From contig JARKSN010000132.1 of NCBI GenBank assembly GCA_029974275.1, positions 1-14,207 of the forward strand: DNA of 14,207 bases. Reading direction: 5' to 3'. The DNA is from Candidatus Hydrogenedentota bacterium (GTDB lineage: Bacteria > Hydrogenedentota > Hydrogenedentia > Hydrogenedentales > SLHB01). The position numbers were made by a program, and so were the translations under genes. The notes beneath the pieces are model-generated. The model saw only the letters and a program-made list of their open reading frames with translations, was not told the DNA's origin and ran no database searches. Below, piece by piece: positions 8,332 to 14,207 of this stretch (the first letter of the stretch is position 1; the number at the start of each line of letters is the position of its first letter).

Positions 8332-9478
8332 GGAGCCGCCTCCTTCGCATGTTGAGCCGCACGACCACGAAGTCGATGAGCGGCGCGAAAAGGTTCATGA
8401 AGAGTATGGCGAGCATCATACCTTCCGGATACGCCGGGTTGAGCGCGCGCACCAGAACTGTCAGCACGCCGATCAGAAAGCCGTAGACGTACTTTCCGGC
8501 GTTCGTCCCCGCGGCCGAGACCGGATCGGTCGCCATGAAGACCGCCCCGAAGGCGAAGCCCCCCATCACGAAATGGTAGTGCGCGGGAAGCGCCATCACG
8601 TTCGCCGGCGATGGGGCGAACGCGTTGCAGACGAGCGCCATCGCCGCGCCCCCGGCGAAGACCGAAACGATGATGCGCCAGCTCCCGACACCGGTGGCGA
8701 CGAGCAGTATCGCGCCTATCAGGATCGCTATGACGCTCGTCTCGCCGATGCTCCCCGGCTCGAGGCCGGTGAACATCCTCCAGAAATCGAAACCGCTGGC
8801 GGACAGGTGTGCGATGATCTCGCCCTTCGGCTCGATGCCCAGGTGCAGCGGCGTGGCCATGGTGTAGGCGTCGACAACTGTGCCGCCGGTAAGCGTCCAT
8901 ACCCCGGCGCCGGATATGGACTTCGGATAGGCGAAGAAGAGAAACGCGCGGCTTACCAGGGCGGGGTTGAAGATGTTCATGCCCGTTCCGCCGAAAAGCT
9001 CCTTTCCCAGCACCACGCCGAAGCTCACCGCGAGCGCGAGCTGCCACAGCGGAATGGTGGGCGGCATTATAAGGGGGATGAGCGCGCCGGTCACGAAAAA
9101 GCCCTCGTTGATCTCCTCGCCGCGCACGAGGGCGAAGAGCACCTCCCAGAAGCCGCCCACCGCGAAGGTGACCGCGTAGAGCGGAACAACCACCCAGAGC
9201 CCTTTGAGAAGGCACTCCAGGTGGCCGGCCGTGATTCCCGCCGAGGCGTAGAACTGGTATCCGACGTTGTAGGTGCCGAACGCCATGCTGGGGAAGAGCG
9301 CGAGCACAACGATCATCATCATGCGCTTGAGGTCGTACGCGTCGCGAACGTGGGTGCCTCCGGCCGTACGCACCGGCAGCCGGAAAAAGAATGTTTCGGC
9401 GGCGTCCACGAGTGGCCAGAGGCGTTCAAAACGCCCCCCCTTCTCGAACGCGGACCGTATCGTGCCGTGGGCTTTCAT
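8318..9478 (-). CDS. nqrB: Na+-translocating NADH:quinone oxidoreductase subunit B, 386 aa
   Basis: The start is reassigned to ATG 9478 (ATGA overlap with the nqrA stop). Motifs are FEKGG, [19 protein letters not shown]...[36 protein letters not shown] and [22 protein letters not shown]. Confidence 0.96.
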   Translation of the reverse strand: [386 protein letters not shown]

Positions 9479-10842
9479 TCCGTCTCCCGTGTTTCCTTGA
9501 GCATGAGGTCTATTCCGTCGCGTATGATGCGCTGGATGTCCGTCTTCGAGGGACAGGCGTATTCGCACAGCGCGAAATCTTCCGGAGCGACCTCGAGTAT
9601 GCCGAGTTTTTCCATCTCTTCAATGTCGCCGGCCAGTATGGATTTTAACAGAAAGGAGGGAAGTATGTCCATCGGTAGCAGTCGATCGTAGATGCCCGTG
9701 GCGACAAAGGCGCGCACGCTCCCGTTGCGGTTCGAGTCGATGGAGAAGCGCCGCCGCGGCATGATCCTCGAAACGAACGAAGCGGAAACGCTCTCCAGCG
9801 AGAATCCCGGCGCGAGCCAGCCGAGGAAGACGCTCTTTCGCGCCTCCGGTATCAGCGTGACCAGCGTGTCCGTGAATCCGAGGAATCCGTCCGCGCCGGC
9901 GTTCCTGCCAGTGAGGACGTTGCCCGAAATACAGCGTACCGGCCCCGCCTCGCCCGACGGTTCCGCGAATGACGAGAGCGCGGCACCCGCGATGGTCCGG
10001 ACATGGCGCCTGCGCGCCGCGGCGCTTCCGGCGACGGCGACGGTCACCTCGAACGAGGGAGCGCCGGTGATGAAGTATCGCCCTATGAGAATGACGCCCT
10101 GCGCGGTGCAGTGCCATACGACGTCGTTGACCCCGTTTACGGGCGCGACGTGATGAATATGCATGCCGACATTGCCCGCGGGGTGAGGCCCTTCGAAATG
10201 ATGGATCTCCGCGTTCGTGATGTCCGCAAGGAAGGAAGATTCTTTCGGCTTTCCGTCGACGCAGAGGTGCACTTTTCCTGTCGTGAGGGCCGCCAGCACG
10301 TCGATGCCGCGCTGGAATTCCCGTTCGTGGTCCCGCACGATGAGTCCCTGGTCGGGGGCGAGCGGAGAGGTGTCCATTGCCGTCACGAAGATATCGCGCG
10401 GTTGGACCAGCGGATCGGCGACCGTGCCGAAGGGGCGCTGGCGGATGAAGGGGAAGAGCCCGGTGGCGCAGAGCGCGGCGATGATGCTGTCCCGCGCCGG
10501 GGGGCCGATGCGTTTCGGCGGCGCCGGCAGGTTCGCCGAATGCTGTTTTCCGTCGGTCCGGATGATGACCGCCTCGAGGGCCCTGCGCTCGCCGCGGCGG
10601 ACCTCGGCCACCGTGCCGCTCGCGGGGGATGTTACCACCAGCGATTCCCTCCGTCTGTCGCGCCAGAGCGGCGTGCCGACCTTTACTCTCTCGCCGCCCT
10701 CCACGAGCGGTTTGGGCGTCATGCCGTAAAAGTCGGCTGCGCAGAGACCGACGGCTTCGGGGAACGGGGCGCGTTCGAGGTGCTTTTCGGCCTCGCCCGC
10801 GATTCGGATGTCGTAGCCTTTCTTGAGCCTGTAGTATGCCAT
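9475..10842 (-). CDS. nqrA: Na+-translocating NADH:quinone oxidoreductase subunit A
   Basis: It contains LKKGYDI-I-G, SPASG-V-EV-RGERR, RQRPF, IFVTAMDT-PLA, F-GPHPAGNVG-HIH, ISGNVLTG and C-terminal LGILEVAPEDFALCEYACPSK. Confidence 0.96.
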   Translation of the reverse strand: MAYYRLKKGYDIRIAGEAEKHLERAPFPEAVGLCAADFYGMTPKPLVEGGERVKVGTPLWRDRRRESLVVTSPASGTVAEVRRGERRALEAVIIRTDGKQHSANLPAPPKRIGPPARDSIIAALCATGLFPFIRQRPFGTVADPLVQPRDIFVTAMDTSPLAPDQGLIVRDHEREFQRGIDVLAALTTGKVHLCVDGKPKESSFLADITNAEIHHFEGPHPAGNVGMHIHHVAPVNGVNDVVWHCTAQGVILIGRYFITGAPSFEVTVAVAGSAAARRRHVRTIAGAALSSFAEPSGEAGPVRCISGNVLTGRNAGADGFLGFTDTLVTLIPEARKSVFLGWLAPGFSLESVSASFVSRIMPRRRFSIDSNRNGSVRAFVATGIYDRLLPMDILPSFLLKSILAGDIEEMEKLGILEVAPEDFALCEYACPSKTDIQRIIRDGIDLMLKETRETE

Positions 10843-10863
10843 ATCGATTCAGCCGATGCCAGA

Positions 10864-10892
10864 AGTGTAATGCCGCCCGACGGATAACGCAA
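10864..10892 (-). promoter_or_regulatory. sigma70-like promoter directly upstream of nqrA (TTGCGT-N17-TACACT)
   Basis: On the minus strand the -35 TTGCGT is at 10892-10887, followed by a 17-nt spacer and the -10 TACACT at 10869-10864. The predicted TSS is near 10857. Confidence 0.6.
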
Positions 10893-10915
10893 GGCAAATA
10901 ACGACCTGCCGGGGC

Positions 10916-11098
10916 CTATTTCGGATCTTCACAGTTATTCCGCCGCGCCGCGCCGCACCAGGCGCACGGGCCGGAAGAGCCCGGTTCGAGCCCGCATGTC
11001 TTTTTTGTCCGGCCGTCCCCCCCGCGCGTGTACACCAGCGCCATAACCGCCATGAAGAGCGCGACGAGCGCGAACGCGAGAAGTGCAGAGGTCATCAT
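10916..11098 (-). CDS. nqrM: NqrM-like (DUF539-like) Na+-NQR maturation protein, ~60 aa
   Basis: One N-terminal TM helix ending MALVY is followed by C35-x9-C45-x2-C48-x7-C56. It has an AGGA SD and lies immediately upstream of nqrA on the same strand. The start is at 11098 or 11095. Confidence 0.7.
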   Translation of the reverse strand: MMTSALLAFALVALFMAVMALVYTRGGDGRTKKTCGLEPGSSGPCAWCGAARRNNCEDPK

Positions 11099-11224
11099 TA
11101 TTTCCTGGTGTACGGTATTGACGGTTTACACCGACCGCCCCGGTACGGGCGGTGAACAGCGTACACGCCCGTCAGGCGCCCGGTGTTCGCCCGCGCCGGT
11201 TACGGCCCGGCAAACCCGTCCCGA

Positions 11225-11253
11225 AATATATCAGAACGCCGGTGGTGAAGCAA
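11225..11253 (-). promoter_or_regulatory. sigma70-like promoter for the nqrM-like gene / nqr operon (TTGCTT-N17-TATATT, extended TG)
   Basis: On the minus strand the -35 TTGCTT is at 11253-11248, the 17-nt spacer ends in TGA, and the -10 TATATT is at 11230-11225. An AT-rich tract lies upstream of the -35. Confidence 0.7.
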
Positions 11254-11387
11254 GAAATTTTTCGCGTGTTCCGGTGGAGGGTGGTTGAGGAACGGCGGTG
11301 GAAAAGGAGCTCGGTGCCGGTACTGGTCCTGTCGACCGGGTGTGCGCGATTGTGTCCGCGCCGGAGTCCGCGCCGGCGGCGCGGGAT

Positions 11388-11939
11388 TCAGGATGCGCCG
11401 TTCGCAGCGATCTCGATGCCGCGCCGGATCGCCTCGAGGTTTGCGGGAATGGTGTTTTTAAGGCGTTCCGGGGTCACCTCGTCCATCACGGCCTCGACGT
11501 CATCGAAGCCGAGTATTCCGGATTTCTTGAGGAATGCGCCAAGGGCGATCATATTGGAGAGTTTAACGCTTCCCAGCGCCAGCGCCTCCTCGTTGCACCT
11601 CAGCGCGAGAGGCACGATGTCGCCGCGGTCGAGCATGGCCTCGGGCACAAGGCTTGCGTTGGCGATGAGCAGGCCCTTCGGCGCGACCTGGTCCCTGTAC
11701 TTGTCGACAGCGATCGTGTCCATCGCGATGACGCACTTCGGGTGGTTGGTCACCATGGAGCCGATCTCCTCGTCGGCGATTACCAGCGTGACGTTTGTCC
11801 GGCCGCCGCGCTTTTCGACTCCATACGAGGGCAGGTAGGTTACGTTGAGACCCCTGCGGATCGCCGCGAGGGCCACGATCTGGCTTATCATCTGTATTCC
11901 CTGGCCGCCGAAGCCCGCCATGATCACATCGTAGTACAC
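11388..11939 (-). CDS. 2-oxoacid:ferredoxin oxidoreductase gamma subunit
   Basis: It contains AGFGGQGI, PSYGVEKRGG and NMIALGA. The GTG start has a strong GAGGAGG SD. Confidence 0.93.
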   Translation of the reverse strand: MYYDVIMAGFGGQGIQMISQIVALAAIRRGLNVTYLPSYGVEKRGGRTNVTLVIADEEIGSMVTNHPKCVIAMDTIAVDKYRDQVAPKGLLIANASLVPEAMLDRGDIVPLALRCNEEALALGSVKLSNMIALGAFLKKSGILGFDDVEAVMDEVTPERLKNTIPANLEAIRRGIEIAANGAS

Positions 11940-11967
11940 GAAATACCTCCTCTGTCCGCGGCCGTCT

Positions 11968-12716
<749 letters not shown>

Positions 12717-12720
<4 letters not shown>

Positions 12721-13781
12721 CGCGCACCTCCGCCGAGCGCCTTTTTGATTTCGGCGAGCACGTCGTCGGGGAAGGGGAAGCCCCCGCCGGGCCTGCCGTA
12801 AAAGCTGATCTCCGCGTCCTTGTGCGCGGCGATGCGCACGTCGCGCACCATCTGGCCCGTGTTCATCTCGACCACGAGGACCTTTCCGACGCGTCGCGAG
12901 TGCTCGAGTATCTGCTGTGAGGGAAACGGGAAGAGGGTGATGGGACGGATGAGGCCGACCTTCAGCCCTTCCTCGCGCGCCATGGCGATGGCCGTCTTCG
13001 CCACCCGCGCCGGCGTGCCGAAGGCTATGATGACGAGCTCGGCGTCGTCGAGGTGCTGCATCTCGACCATCACCTCTTTTTCCTGTATCTCGTCGTATTT
13101 CTGTTTTAAAAAGAGATTGTGCTCCTCCTGCTCGTAATCGCCCAGGTAGAGCGATTTGAGGAGCCGCGGCTCCCTTCCCCTGCGGCCGGTGAGCGCCCAC
13201 GGCTTTTCCGGGAACTCCACGGGTTTCTCCGGGGTGAGCCGGCAGGGCTCCTGGAACTGGCCGATCATGGCGTCGGCGATGATCATGGCCGGATTACGGT
13301 ATCTGTCGGCGAGCTCGAACGCCTTGATGGTGAGGTCGAACATCTCCTGCACCGAGCCGGGCGCCAGCACGATGTTGCGGTAATCTCCGTGGCCGCCTCC
13401 GTGCACCGCCTGGTTGTAATCGCCCTGGGTCGGGGCGATGCCGCCGAGGCCGGGCCCGCAGCGCATGATGTTCACGATGACCGCCGGCATTTCGGAGCCC
13501 GCCAGGTACGATATGCCCTCCTGCATCAGCGAGATGCCGGGACCGGAGGAGGATGTCATGGCGCGCTTGCCCGACGCGGCGGCGCCCATCACCATGTTGA
13601 TCGACGCTATTTCGCTCTCGGCGGGAATGAACGTACCCCCGTGTTTCGGGAGGTTTCGCGCGAGGTATTCGGGAATGTCGTTCTGCGGCGTGATCGGGTA
13701 GCCGAAATAGAACCGGCATCCCGCCTGTATGGCTCCTTCGGCGAGGGCGATGTTGCCCTTGGTCAGCTTCTTTTCGGTCAT
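12717..13781 (-). CDS. vorB: 2-oxoacid:ferredoxin oxidoreductase alpha subunit (3-methyl-2-oxobutanoate dehydrogenase VorB-like)
   Basis: It contains KGN-ALAEGAI-AGC--YFGYPITPQ, ESEIA, MTSSSGPGISL-QEGISY, GPGLGGI-P-QGDY-Q--GGGHGDY, RPITLFPFP and VEMN-GQM. Substrate specificity cannot be proven from sequence. Confidence 0.9.
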
Positions 13782-13987
13782 TTATACACCTCTATCGCCG
13801 TGTCGGGACACATGACGGCGCAGGTCTTGCACCCCGTGCAGCGCTCGCGTTCCTCCTCGATGAATTCTGCCGGAAAATAGCCGATCCGGTTGTGTTCCCG
13901 GGAGACCCTGATCAGGTTGCGCGGACAGAACTCGATGCAGAAGCAGCATCCCTTGCAGCGGTCACGATCGATCACTATGTGTGCCAT
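13778..13987 (-). CDS. 2x[4Fe-4S] ferredoxin-like delta subunit of the 2-oxoacid:ferredoxin oxidoreductase, 69 aa
   Basis: The start is reassigned to ATG 13987 (GGAGG SD upstream). It has CKGCCFCIEFCP and CTGCKTCAVMCPD motifs, and an ATGA overlap with the alpha start. Confidence 0.93.
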   Translation of the reverse strand: MAHIVIDRDRCKGCCFCIEFCPRNLIRVSREHNRIGYFPAEFIEEERERCTGCKTCAVMCPDTAIEVYK

Positions 13988-14048
13988 TGAAGAACCAGTC
14001 CTCCCGGGGTGTGCGCGTGAAGCGCGAGGGCCCTGTTGGATTTTTTGG

Positions 14049-14082
14049 AGTATAATTAAGCGCGCGCGGGGGGCTGTGTCAA
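14049..14082 (-). promoter_or_regulatory. candidate promoter of the oxidoreductase operon
   Basis: A perfect minus-strand TTGACA at 14082-14077 is followed by the AT-rich TTAATTATACT (14059-14049). The best -10, TATACT, is 22 nt away, so the exact -10 is uncertain. Confidence 0.4.
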
Positions 14083-14159
14083 TAAAAATCACCCGGGGGA
14101 GGCCTTTTTTCACGGTCTCGACAAATGATGGTAAAAGCGGCCCCGTGCGCCTTTATTAA

Positions 14160-14186
14160 TTGACGGCCCGGCCCGTTCGGTATAAA
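14160..14186 (+). promoter_or_regulatory. candidate divergent promoter for a gene beyond the window
   Basis: TTGACG (14160-14165) and TATAAA (14181-14186) lie in an intergenic region with a 15-nt spacer, which is suboptimal. Confidence 0.3.
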
Positions 14187-14207
14187 GCGTTGTGTGCGTC
14201 CCCGCGG

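Noticed and set aside
9475..9720. NqrA C-terminal CEYACP as a retained RnfC-type [4Fe-4S] site accepting electrons from ferredoxin
   Set aside because: Only CxxxCP is present, as in ordinary NqrA. The CxxCxxC needed for a cluster is absent.
5069..10842. Possibility that the six-gene cluster is Rnf rather than Nqr
   Set aside because: It has an FNR-type NqrF with FAD/NADH motifs, no RnfB polyferredoxin, the A-F gene order and NQR-specific signatures.
5211..10897. Long alternative-frame and antisense ORFs over the nqr genes (e.g. 5823-7172 +, 8303-9691 +, 6307-7476 -, 9620-10897 -)
   Set aside because: These are Arg/Ala/Pro-rich shadow ORFs expected at high GC. They fully overlap well-supported genes and carry no motifs.
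11354..11384. 11-bp direct repeat GTCCGCGCCGG x2 and GC hairpin after the gamma gene as a terminator or repeat element
   Set aside because: There are only two copies of a GC-rich word and no U-tract on the minus strand. That is not enough for a terminator, REP or CRISPR call.
13925..13960. Extra Cys in the ferredoxin motif CKGCCFC
   Set aside because: It is a substitution at a variable position, and both canonical CxxCxxCxxxCP motifs are intact.

Overview
This is a high-GC bacterial window with three blocks. (1) On the + strand there is a YbhFSR-type ABC-2 exporter cluster: the C-terminal part of one ATPase (truncated by the window edge), two 385-aa permeases and a second ATPase. It is followed by an uncharacterised polytopic membrane protein with an EEISWGQR...HN motif and a C-terminal TPR-like region. 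(2) On the - strand there is a complete Na+-translocating NADH:quinone oxidoreductase operon, nqrABCDEF. It is preceded, not followed, by a small TM + 4-Cys ORF resembling the maturation factor NqrM, and there is no adjacent apbE. The nqrM-like gene and nqrA each have a good sigma70-like promoter, and the nqrM-like gene has a ~120-nt hairpin-rich leader. (3) Further upstream on the - strand is a four-gene 2-oxoacid:ferredoxin oxidoreductase (VOR-like) cluster in the order delta-alpha-beta-gamma. I saw no RNA genes, mobile elements or CRISPR arrays. The window is mostly core energy metabolism. The most notable points are the upstream nqrM-like gene with its structured leader, the RnfD-like TMAT flavinylation site in NqrB, the split asymmetric ABC ATPases and the orphan membrane/TPR protein. 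All family calls come from motif recognition, not database searches.
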